64,000 bases of DNA, from contig CAJINV010000003.1 in assembly GCA_905178155.1 (NCBI GenBank), forward strand, positions 1,731,557 to 1,795,556, read 5' to 3'. Positions 10,501 to 21,918 of the stretch are shown piece by piece. The position numbers were made by a program, and so were the translations under genes. The DNA comes from Amoebophrya sp. A120 (taxonomy: Eukaryota; Protista; Dinoflagellata). The notes under the pieces are model-generated. The model was not told the DNA's origin, ran no database searches, and worked only from the letters and a program-made list of their open reading frames with translations. Each line of letters starts with the position of its first letter. The stretch's first letter is position 1.

Positions 10501-13500
10501 CAGCTTCAAAACGCGGCCCTTTGAAGACGCGGATGGGGCGGGTGTGAAAGATGAGTCGCCGTCCGCATCTACTACAGCTTTGATTCGCGGCCCATTTTTC
10601 GTTGCTGCGTCCGAAACCGCAGCTGCCATTGTTGATGCCGTTGTTGCGAGCGCACCACCACCAGCACCTCCTTGTTGAGTACTAGAGGTTGATGCTCTTG
10701 ACGCGGCGAGCATTTTGGAGAACGACAGGCTGCGGTTAGTTAGCACGCGGATGCGGCGCTGGAGCAAGTCGATGTGATGCAACAACCGCTGCTCGATAAT
10801 GCGTGCGGAGGAGAGCCGCGACTCCACATCCTGGATCTGGTTCAGGTAGGCCTGCGCGGCGGAGAAGAGGTGTTTGGTTAGGTCAAACACCTTCTTGATT
10901 AAGTGCGGCAGCTCGATGAAACTCTTCATACTGTACCCGGTGGTCTGGCGCAGCGTGGACAACAGCTGAAACATGGCTGCGTCCTGAATGGAGGACTCCA
11001 TTTCCGGAGCTTCTTTCTCTTCTGCATGAACAGCATCTACTTGTTCCGTCGCTGGTACAACCTCCAGAGGGGAAGTGATCATGGTGGTTGTCGAGGTTGT
11101 GGTAGTGCTAGTGGTGGTGACCACCTGCTGGTAATTGCGAAAACGGTTGTACTCCGTGTTTCGCCCGAGCTCCGTCTTCAAATACTCGTCGTAGGTCAGG
11201 CCATCGTTCAACTCGTCGGGCGACCCAACATCAGAGTCTTCGTGTGCAGCACCAGATGTAGTTGCACTACGATCAGCTCCGCTTCGGTTCGAAGCTTGTC
11301 GCGTCAAGGTCTCCGCGGCCGAGGTAGCTTTATGATCGTCGAGCATCATGCGTCCTCGACTGGTGTCCTCACCGGCTGCAGTGCGTTCTCCGCTCTCGAT
11401 ACTGGAACCGATTTTATCAAGAAGTTTTTGCGATGAAGATGCTGCGGGTTGTTCTGAAGTTGTGCCAAGCTTCGTTCGACTCGATTTGCGACTGCTGGAC
11501 GCGCTCACACAGCCCGAACGTTGCAGCTGCCGTTGCGCAATTCTCGTAGACGCGAAGAAGATGCCCAACTCGCGATCTCCCTGCCGTAGCTTCTTCTCCA
11601 CATTCAAAACGGTGCTGGCAATTTGCTTTTTGATCTTGCGGAAATTCATGGCCATCTGCTGCGTGATCAGGTGCCGCTCCGCGAGGTTCAGCGTCACTTG
11701 TGGCTGCGGGGGCGCCTTGGACGTGAAGCTGCCCATTCGACCGAACTGTTCTAGGGAACTTAAGCCACCCGATCCCGTCAGGTCGGACGACGTTCCGGTG
11801 CCTGTGCCCGCTCGATTGGCGGCAGAAGTGCCGCCGCTCGAGGTGGTCGCGTGCGACAGGAAGGGGGAGTTCACACCACGCACAAACTGGTTGGCGCCTT
11901 CAAAGGCGGTCAAAGCGGCATTGCCCGAGGTTTTGTTCGCGTCATTCTGCTCTTCATCAGGAGCGCCAGCTACTTTGCTGCTACTCGACTCTACTCCGGG
12001 CCGTGCAGCGCTTCTTTCCTCCGCTCCTCCAGAAGTTTGCTGAGCGGCCGAATTATGCGAGTCGGTGACGCCAGCCCCGTTCTTGCCAGTTGGGGTCCCA
12101 GCATCTGCATCTCTCGCCACCCCAGGAGCCCCTCCTGCGTTTTCTGCTGAGGTACTACCAGTTGTTAGCTGATGTGAAGATCGGCCCTTCGACCGTCTTT
12201 TGCTCGCACCGCCCTCCTGGACCTCGTCCGGGTGCTTGATGGGTAGTTGGGCGCCGGGGCCGGGCAGCCGCTGCAGGTGCGTGACGTCCTTCAAGAGACC
12301 CTCCAGAAAGTCTACGGGCATGGTGGAGGAACGGAGACAGAGGTCGGCCGTGCAGAGATGGGTGATGTCGAGGCCGACCCCCGCCTGGCCGCGCAGGGGG
12401 GACTGGTGTCCTTGTTGGTGGCTTTTGGGCGTTGGGCCGCTGTTCCCGGACGAGGAGGTGTTGATCGTCACCTCCTTTCGCGTGCTCGGTGGTACGCGCT
12501 TGGGAATGCGGCTCAACGACATCGAAATGGTGTCGTTTTCGCCGGCGGCACCGGTATCCTCCTCGCCGTCCGCGTCGCCACCGACGTCCCCACCACTGCT
12601 TGTTGTATCTGTCGTCGTCATTAGATTCCGTGTGGTCCTCGTGCTGCTCGATGGCTGATCAACATTAAGAGGATCATCTCGGACGACCAGATCTTCTTCT
12701 TCATCTTCTGTGGCCGCGCCAGTTGTCGGCGGGGCGTCCGCACCAGCCGCAGTGTCCACCTGCTGGTTTTGGTGCTGTTGGGCCGAAACATCCACGTTGC
12801 TTGAGTTCGTCAAACCAGACCCCGCCAGGCCATCGGGGTCCTCCCCTTCCGTGGTTACCTCACGACTGGTACCGGCACCGCTACTCGTGTCTTGCCGCAG
12901 GGCCGGCTGGGGCCCTCCAGCAGTCGTTGTGCCGGTGGAGGTTCGCAACGCGCCCTTGTATCGAAAAGAAAAATCCCCCCTCCCCATATCGAAACGGAGA
13001 TCTGTGCTGCTGGATTTGCGTACACAAATCAGATTTGTCTTGCTGAAGGGACGGCAGGCCTACATCAAGCCTGAGTAGAGAGGTTTTGGCCTAGTCGCTT
13101 AGCATCAGAAACTCCTGCGCTGTCGGCCTAACCGCATCACAAACCGCCTCCATAATGTGGCGGAGCCTGTGGAGTTGCCTTCTTGCAAGACAGAGATGAT
13201 TTGTGGTCGCAAATCAGCATTGCAAATTTTCTGCGACGTACCTTTTCGATATGGGGAGGGGGGATTTTTCCTTTCAATACCTTGCTTGGCCGCTTCAGAA
13301 CGCTACTAGCGCCCTCGCTGCTGTGCGCACGGCGCCGGTGGGCACTTTTTGTCGAAGAGGAAACCGCACTCGGGGGGTTCAAGCGCTGCATTTCCAGAAA
13401 CTTCTCGATGATCCCCGCTAGCCGCTTGCAGGTGTTCTCCCAAAAGGCGTCCGAGCGCTTCTTACCGTGCTGCATGCCGTGCATTTCTGCCCTGTTCTTG

Positions 13501-15062
13501 TTCAGTTCTGCTGACAAATGAATGGTCATTTTTTTCAGCTGCGACGATTCCTGCGTCATCTTTTCGTACTCTTTCTGGGTAAGCTGCACGTTTTCCGCGG
13601 ATTGCTTTTTGATGTAGCCCTGCAGCACCTGGATGCGATCCTCCGCGAGTTGCAACTCCCTCTCCGCGCGAACCCCACGAGATGCTTGCAATTCCAATTC
13701 GTGTATTCTGCCCGGGGTCCTTTCATCAGGATGTTGGTCTTGTTGCCCCTGGTAGGAGAAAGAAAGCTGCCTTTGCTGCTGTTCCCGTTCCCCTTCGGTG
13801 GAATTCTCGGAGAAGTCGTGCTTCAGGACTCGCTGTATGTTCTCCTGTTGCATGAAGCGCCGCTGCGCTTGCATCTTCACATGATGGCTCAGCTCGTCTA
13901 CGCGCGCTCGCAGGGCTGCGTTCTCCGCGAGCAGCTGTTGACTGACTTCTGCTGGAGACGTTTTAATACTATCCTGCTTCTGTTGGGCGTGTTGGAGCGC
14001 AAAAAGCTGGTGGCGCTGTTGCTCCACTTCATGACCTCCAACTCTTCGAGGCGAGGATCCGTTCACTGCACCGCCAAACTGAATTGATCCGCTATCCCCT
14101 GCAATAAACGGTGGTGAGTGCAGCTGCTGGGCACCACTAGCACTACTAGGAGCGACGACGTGCTGGTGCAGCTGCTGTGAAGAAGACCCGGCGTAGCGGG
14201 GAGGCTCGATGCCTGGCGGCGGTTGCCAGAACAAACTTTGGTTACCCCAAGCGGGATCAGGGTCCTCCTCGTTGGTGCCAAGTAACGCGATCGACGGCTC
14301 CTTTGGCTCCTGCTGATACTTCTTCACATTCGCTTGTTTTGAGGAAGACACAGCAAAGCCGTCGTCGTTGTTTGCGTTGTAGGCATCAAAAATGCTACGA
14401 CCGCGGTGGTGCTCGCTGAGATCCAGGCCACCCTTTGTCCCCTGCTTCCCGAAATGATCTGGAGAAGTGGTCATACTCATTGAGCTAGCTGCCTGCGAAG
14501 CCTGTTGTCGGCCAAACGAAAGTGCGGCGAAAATTGCGCTTTTGTTCTTCTCCACCGGCTCGTCGCGACTGGCCTTCCGCGTGGGCTTCTTGTTCATCAC
14601 GTGGTCCAACATGTTGTTCATCTCTACCGAGGTCGTCGCCCTGCTACTAGTCTTAGTACCGTCGCTCGGTAGTTCACCACGAAAATTCTGCTTCAGTTTT
14701 TCCAATGGGTTAATATTACCAGCCCCAGGACCGCCGGCAGCGCCTCCCACCGCATAAACCTGTGCACCTCGTCCACCAGCAGCGGCTTTCGCCTTGCTGG
14801 TACTACTGCTTGACGACAGTTGACTCGCGCTCGTCAGGCCGCTGAACAAAGGCGGTTCGTCCGATTGAGGCCGTGGTGACTTGGACGTGCTAAGTAATTT
14901 TGGGAACACCTGGTCATACTGTACGAGGTTCTTGTTGGACCGCGCTCCCGCTGCAGACGGGCGGTTCTCCTCGCGGTCCGGACGGTCATATGAGAAAAAC
15001 GACTGTGCTGCGTCCGGGTCCTTCCGACGGTCGCTGTTCCAACTACCCTCGTCACGATACAT
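7530..15062 (-). CDS. Very large low-complexity/coiled-coil protein, multi-exon
   Basis: ORFs 13137-15062, 10234-12987, 8133-10196 and 7530-7991 join in frame via introner 12959-13279 (PSK|GALR), a GT-AG intron 10152-10305 (VRQ|VPD) and introner 7993-8137 (EIEL|AHF). Confidence 0.75.
7993..8137 (-). mobile_element. Introner-like MITE, family 1
   Basis: Perfect 21-bp IR tgcaaaagtatcgtactcgta (8000-8020 / 8110-8130). Ends tatcctg...gttcata. 5-bp direct repeat ccaac (7988-7992, 8138-8142). Removal restores the frame. Confidence 0.9.
12959..13279. mobile_element. Introner-like MITE with long imperfect TIR
   Basis: tatcgaaaagaaaaatcccccctccccatatcgaaa versus tttcgatatggggaggggggatttttcctttcaata. 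Direct repeat ccttg (12954-12958, 13280-13284). The duplication CAAG|G also provides in-frame GT-AG ends. Confidence 0.9.
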
Positions 15063-16703
15063 CTTGATCTTCAGCTGTTAAATCATTTAAGTATTTTTCA
15101 TACAAAATAAAACAGACCTTGACCCGAGCCCGACACCGTTACCGGCACCGACTCGATTTGAAAAAGTACAGCTAGTTCGTTGTAGCCTAAGGAGCATATG
15201 CTAATGCTTTTAGGTGTATCTTTCGTATTTTTCCGCAACATGCAAATGCATGAAATTGGCCACGTGAAGCTGGTTTCCAGGAGAACAAGCGAGCGCAACC
15301 AACAGCTGCCCAAGCCCCAGAGAACAAGCGAGCGAAAAAGATCTTCTACATCAATTATGCATACGCCGGGCAGTACGTCGCTGGTGGACGCTGGTGGACG
15401 TGGAACAAACAGACCCGTGTCACAAGATACTTCACTTCATAAGACTTGGACTTGTCTCAAATTTGTAGAAGATTATGAAGCATTTATTGATTTGGATTTT
15501 ACGTGCCCGAAAAAAACAAAACCTAAATAGATATGGTACGCTCTCAGTCTCACTATATTTTGATGATATACACTTCTATCTTCTGAAGAGGGGTTTGCAA
15601 CGATCATGCAGAATCATTGTAGTCTTAATCTACGACCTAGGATTAAAAGCCAGGGGCAAAAATGATTCGTCCTACTTCATGTTCATGGTGAAGAACAAAA
15701 GACGAAAACCAATACAACAAGTTTCAACTACATCACTGGTACGATACGTTTACCAGACGCTGGCACGGAAGAAAGAAACACAGACACAAGCGCTTATTTT
15801 CCGAATAAACATTGTGACAATTCATCATTGGATTCTCCCCTGCACGCCAGGTCGGTTATCGAAAAAGAAAAACTCATTGCCTGCTGAAGCATTGGTTGCT
15901 ACCCGTACCCGCCAACTACAAATCATCAGAGACCAACATGAAACTGTCTTATACCAGCCGAAAAAGGCCAAGGAGAAGGAACTCTTACCGAAAAAAAGCA
16001 GCATGGACCGACACACTCACAGAGGACGAACCAATAACAACAATCGATTCATTTCTACTCTCCGCAACCGCACCAACTTCAAAAACGAAATACAACAAAA
16101 ATAAAATCGATTTGGGTGCTAGATAACGAAAAGGAAAACCTAAACCAAACAGATCATCTGCGACCGACAACATGAAGATTTTTGTTGTTGGGACTGCACG
16201 ACATAAACAAACCGATGACTATATTGTGTTCCATCACATTCAACATCAACACACGGTTAGGTTATGAGAGCGCGACGGGGCGGTAGTTCCGGTGCCTTTG
16301 ATCACGAATAGACTCCTACACATCAATATAGCCTTCGTTATGCATTACACATACACACCCATGGCTGCGAAACATCTTCATTATGTTTTTTCATCAATCA
16401 ATCCAAGGGGATGCGCTGGCTAACGCTCTATATTCATTCAGCATTTTCAACATTTTTGAACGTCGTAGTCTTTCATATTCGTTTACCTTTCCTCATTCTC
16501 GTCCCGATGAGCGGACGGGGAATGCTGCATTGTTAACCAAAGACAAACTTGAACGAAGATGATCGGAGTCACCGGATGCTGATCCCATTTCGATTTGTGT
16601 GTGGATTTTCTATTGTGCTAGTACGACACATCGAGGTGCGTCATTTTCATATTTTTTATGAGGTCGAAAATGTACTCACAAGCTAGAACCTCATGAATTA
16701 AAC

Positions 16704-19655
16704 TTAAAGATCGGGCGCTGGTAGTTGTTCTTGCTCGACCTGCTGGTCTCCTGTCGGAACTTCGTCGTCAATCTGCCACCAGTACATCCAGTCCATGGCA
16801 AGGAAAACCCTTTGATTCGGTCGGTTCTCCCACACGGCACGCACCACTCCGGGCCATTGAGGACTAAAATCGTGCCCGAGCACCAGCCCCCCAGGAACGA
16901 TTTTGGGGATCCAGAGCCGGAGATCCTCCTCGACGCAGTGGTAAAAGTGGCATCCGTCTACAAAAACTGCATGGATGGATTGGTCGGGTACGTTTTTGAC
17001 CTGTAAAGTGCGATCGGATTTTCAGTCCTCTCAGAAACCGTCGTGGTTCTGCGAATTGCAGCATACAACGCTTGTTGTGCATGCGTGGGAGAAGGGAGTT
17101 GGTTTGCATCTATGCAAATGATCATGTTTTGAACGAACGATGAAACCCGAACAAATACAAATGCACAACGATAAATTCTTGTAACGTAAATAAATTCTAT
17201 ACGGCCTCCAATGACGTGGTCGGCCACAGCGTCGCGCGTCCGGGCCCTGACTCTTCGTATATGGCCATGGCGTTCGAGTAGGCGACGGATGGGTCCAACG
17301 TCTGCGAATAATCGCCTGGAAAGGTCTCGTCCGTACCCACGTACGGATCAATACCTAAGGAGGTGGAACGTTCATGCGCAAAGCGAATTTATTATTCGAC
17401 CTGAACGGACCGTAAAATACACTATTCTCACAGCCATGAATAACATCAAAAACAATCAACAAGCCGAAATGTTGAGAATAATCAAAGAAACGCACCTATC
17501 AGCTGAAGTTTGGGGAACTTCTCGAGAAGAAACTTCGAAAAGTGGCCGGCAAACACGCCTACTTCTACCACCCGCAGCTCTTCTACTCCATACTCTTCCA
17601 GCAACGAGTTCACGATTTCCCACCGCATACCAAACTTCTCGCTGAAAAAGAAGCGTGGCTTCGACGTTGGGAGGGGGTACGTGTTGTTGGCGTCGTTAGC
17701 CCCGAGCTTCTCCCATCGCTTTATATTGCCCCACTCCGTGTGAACCACCTGCTTCGCCTCTATCACGTCTTGGACCTGTGCAAAGGACGATAATCGGATG
17801 AGTGCGGAATAGCAATAGGTACTTACCCCGCAGCTGGCACGATTCCCACCTCTTTTTCATTCGCATTCCTATTTGCATATAATATGCCGACGATCATTTC
17901 AATTTTTTCTCTGTTATATCCTTATTGGATTTCGTGCTAGTGCTGGTCCTCTGGCTTGTTCTGCATTCAATCAATACGATTCGGTTTTCCTGTAGTTTCT
18001 AGACTTAAACCACATCGGTTGCAGTCGTACCCACAGAAAGTGGTTAGCCTGCCACGCGTTCCATCGGACCCACTGCGACACGTCGTTGACGACGTCCACG
18101 GAGAGGCGCCAGAAGTATGAACTGCAAAAGTATCGCACTCCCACTCGTATAAATGCATTACAAATTTCCTCAGCATGAGAAATAAAATTTGTAATGCAGA
18201 TTTGCCTTGGAAGCAAGATTTGTAATGCAAGACTTGCATTTGTACGAGTACGATACTTTTGCACAGGATAAGAAGGTCGAGGGCGGAATTTTCCCCGCGT
18301 TCTGGTCCTGCTTGGCCATTATGCATTGCAAAAGTATCCCTTGCACTTGCTTTAGTAAAATTAGCATCACAAATTTCATTGGCAAGAGCATAAGTGGGAT
18401 TTGTTATGCTGACGCAGCTTGGAAAAGACATTTTTCATGCCTGGATGCAATTTATACGAGTCAGTTGCGCGATGCTTTTGCAGTGCATAGCTACCAGGCC
18501 TTCCAGGTACTTTTTGCGCCACTTGCCGACCTGGTCGGCTACGTAGTATTTCAGGGGGCTCAAGTAAAATATCAAGTGCAAATATGTCTGGGTCTGGAAG
18601 AATGGAAGGTTTGGTTGGTTGGTTGGTTGGGTAGCGCCTGTCGCCGGTGCAGGTCCCGCCCTCCATCGATTGCGATCCGGAGTAGCCGGAACACAAGGCC
18701 CTAGTGGCGCAATCAAGGTTTGTCATGCATATTTTGAATGACCCATGACGTCTGCAATGCATGCCCTAGCATCACAGATTTTGAGAGCGCTTTGCGATGC
18801 TTCTACCGCATGAAAAATGTTGCCCTCTCAGCGTAGCACAAACTACTGGAGTCCTCTTGCTGGTCTTGCAATACAAATTTTTTTTAGGATCCAGAGACAG
18901 CATCACAGGTTTAGAACCTTCCCGACCCAGACATATTTGCAATCCATATAAAACCGCTCCTCGCACCGCTCCATGCGGCCCCGGATGTAGTTCGCCGCCA
19001 TGTTGAGAAAGGGCTGGCAGCCCACCGTGTCCCCGTACAGGTTTACCGCGTTCTCGTGGTATTTGTCGTCATCACTGCCGCACAGCACCATGTAGCCCAA
19101 GCTCATGGCCATCAGGTCGAAGGACAGCACCGTTAACGCCTCGCAGCCCCGCTTCTGCACCTTCTCATTCCCAGTGACCTTGCAGGTCAGCATGGTCTCG
19201 TTCACGCCGATAATCAAATCCTCTATCCCAGGACTGGTTTTGGCGGCACTGTAGGCCTGCTCGAGGCAATACTCGCTGTCGGTATTCATGAAAAAACTAA
19301 AACACCCATCCCGATCCATTTTTATTTTTTGCATGACAAGCAGAGGAGTTTATGATTACTTTGCATGACAAATTGTATGGGGATGGGTGTTTTAGTTTTT
19401 TCCTGGATAGTCGGCGAGCGAATGTTCCTCATCGGAGAAGCAATCCAGAATGCTACCAAAGGTACGCGTCGCGAATGGCTGGAGCGTGTAAAGTGACAAG
19501 GGGACGCCGGTGCTGGTGTGGGTATCGTTCTTCGCGCTCGCCAGGGCGAAGTTTGCCACTAGTCGGAAAAATGCGTAAGAAAAGGCTACCAGGCTGCAGT
19601 GGGTCGCGGTTTTTGCCCCCACATTTTGTCTTGGTTTCGAGGACGCTTCACCCAT
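16704..19655 (-). CDS. Class I SAM-dependent methyltransferase (Methyltransf_24-like) with N-terminal signal/anchor; multi-exon
   Basis: Motifs VEVGVFAGHFS, IGIDPY, AVFVDGCHFYHCVEEDL and KIVPGGLVLGHDF after removing GT-AG introns. 5' exons joined through four introners. Start codon and the 17.8-18.0 kb junctions are uncertain. Confidence 0.75.
18116..18270 (+). mobile_element. Introner-like MITE, family 1 (opposite orientation to 7993-8137)
   Basis: tatgaactgcaaaagtatcg...cgatacttttgcacaggata. Direct repeat agaag (18111-18115, 18271-18275). Removal gives PSTF|WRLS. No GT or AG at the boundaries. Confidence 0.9.
18320..18489. mobile_element. Introner-like MITE, family 1-related
   Basis: tatgcattgcaaaagtatc...gatgcttttgcagtgcata. 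Degenerate duplication gccat/gctac. Removal gives EGLVA|KQDQ in frame. Confidence 0.85.
18570..18948 (+). mobile_element. Introner-like MITE, family 2, with a nested insertion
   Basis: IR tgcaaatatgtctgggtc / gacccagacatatttgca. Direct repeat taaaa (18565-18569, 18949-18953). Removal gives ERFY|LSPL. Homologous to 33685-33949 and 46343-46615. Confidence 0.9.
18614..18714 (-). mobile_element. Short retroposon-like insertion with (AACC)n tail nested in an introner
   Basis: Flanked by aaggtttg (18606-18613, 18715-18722). A (ggtt)n run lies at one end. The segment is absent at the equivalent position of the copy at 46343. Confidence 0.65.
19283..19409. mobile_element. Introner-like MITE
   Basis: IR aaaaaactaaaacacccatccc / gggatgggtgttttagtttttt. 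Ends tat...ata. Direct repeat gtcgg (19278-19282, 19410-19414). Two gcatgacaa motifs. Removal gives HSLAD|SEYC. Confidence 0.9.
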
Positions 19656-21918
19656 TCTCCTGCTTTGCGTGTCCGTGTGTCTAGTAGCGTGTGGTGACAT
19701 TCTTGTAGAAGCTGACAGCGTTCTACTTCTCGGAGCTTCGCAGCTACATCGCGCCTCACCTTTCTTGGGTCCACCTGGAGCTTCCATCAAGTCGACAGCT
19801 TCTTTTTTTCTTACTTTCGAGAGAGCAAACGACCAGCAGTTGAGAGACGACGAAAAAGAGCTTCTGGTTGAAGTGCTGCTGCGTGTAGAGTCGCAGGAAG
19901 ACATCGACGAGGGCATGCGCATGGTGCTGACTGTACGAACAAACTCACGAAAAGATATAAAAAGTAAAATCCCAAAGTAAACTCAGGAAAACATATGAAT
20001 ATACACAAACTGTATACAAGATCCACACAACTTGTTTACTTGCTTGAGCTTGGGTACGCTTCGCCCTCGCTGATGTCACACACTGTTGATCGTGGAGCAA
20101 CGACGAGAGGCGGCCCGTTTCGCACTTCTGATGGTGCGCGTAAGGCTCGCGTAAGGCTTGCCGCTGGTACGGCGTCGGTCTTATACGGGTAACGGTGATC
20201 GTATTTGATCCTGCCCCCGTGAAAGCGATCTAGTCAACGTTGTGCGGACGATTAAGAATCATGTGAAGCAGCCACACTCTGCATTCGTGATCTGGGCGAC
20301 CAACTCAAGACGTGAACAAGGATCCTCACGGTGCCTGGGCCACCCGTGGCTGCTGGGCGGGGCGACTTAGCGCGCACCGGCAAGCTCTATTTCCGATGTT
20401 TTGAATGGCGGCGGCGGGCTACAAGCCTTGCGCCGCGTTCACCGTGCATTCTGCACTCTAGCGGATGCTGCTGCCCCTTTGCAGGAGCAACATACAGACT
20501 AGGTCTATGGAAGACGCCACCTTTGGCATGGCACTGCTGTCCCGGCATGGGCTGCGTGCTGCTCGTCATCTGTGCTATTGTCTTCAGTTGCCTGTGCAAT
20601 GTGCGAGAAGATCCGCGCGAGACGTTTTTTCTAACACTAACAGAACAACGGAGAGTAATCGGGGAGTTGTCACGTCGTGAAAATACAACAATCCACGACT
20701 CGTCTCCAGCACGACCTTCCGATATATATTAAGCAATGGCTAATATAATAGAGATCATCATCTTCCAAATCCAAAGCCACGCGTCAAAGCAGTCGCGCGA
20801 AGTCCCCTGCACTGTGTGATCAAAGACGCAGCTATTGTTCCCTGCAGATGTTGTAGATGGTCGATCGCCTGGTTGTACAAGAACCAGGCTCCTAGTCAAT
20901 CTTAATCTAGGAGACTGCGCACACTGTCGCAGCTGTAGGAGATGCTACTCGGAAAATGAAACTCTTCTACGTCCTGTACCTCCAACCGAGGGAAGAAGAA
21001 GAAATCTTTCTTCCGATCTGGAGGATTGCCACGCAATTATGGGTCATGCATTGCATCACTCGGTAAAAGAGAATGATTGTAACTTTGAGTGTTTCGTTTG
21101 TATTTGATAAAATTGCTTCCGGATGAAAAGAAGTGAAGATGAAAACCTATCAGCAAGGGATTGTATCTTTTTCCGTCGCCGCTGTACGGCAAGGAAGCAG
21201 ACGAAGAGCAAGAGCATCTCGATGAATAAATACTTAAAAAACAAACAAGGCTTGCACCACGTTGTTCTCTATCTCTTACTCTTACGAGAAGCGTTGGCTG
21301 CTTGTGTTACTGTGGTTCTTTGTTGCTTATTCGTATTTCTTAAAAAACTTTTGTAATCATACACGTAGATCTCGAATACAGTGCTTGCTCTATCCTTCTT
21401 TTCGCTGTTAGTTGTTGTTTGCAGTTGCTAGTCGCCCGCAGGTCAGTCACTAGTCTTTTGTAAAATACGAAGATACGACATCACTTGGCATTGCACTTTT
21501 CTGCCACCTCCCACCTAGCATAACAATCGCACCGGACAGAAAAAAAGCAAGATGCCTGTCAAGAAGTAAAGAGTATTCTAGTACTTGATCGTTGTTCTTC
21601 CAATTGCCACCTCATCTTGGTAACATTCGCAATGGGCCAAAAGAGGTCAACATAACTTTGCCTGTCATGCAAAAAAGTATTGTATTACTTTTGGTTTTGC
21701 CATCACGCGGAATACGCAAAAACTCACATCAATAGCAGCTCAAAAGCTCCTTGTCAACAAGCTTGGCTGCGTATTGCAGTGCGCACATCATTCACTTTTT
21801 TTTTGCACGATAACTTTTCAGACCCAGATGTAGTTGCAACACATGATGCAGTTTCCTCGTCTAAAAGTCACATTAGCATTACACCACATGGTACAGGTGC
21901 AGGTCTCGTTACAGCAGG

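Noticed and set aside
11348-12658. Plus-strand ORFs antisense to large genes (also 57238-58149, 61313-62089)
   Set aside because: Shadow frames of minus-strand coding sequence with no independent protein signature.
15281-15335. Short tandem duplications (gagaacaagcgagcg here; gatggaaaagaaacactt at about 30222-30260)
   Set aside because: Two-copy slippage-type repeats with no spacer array; not CRISPR-like.
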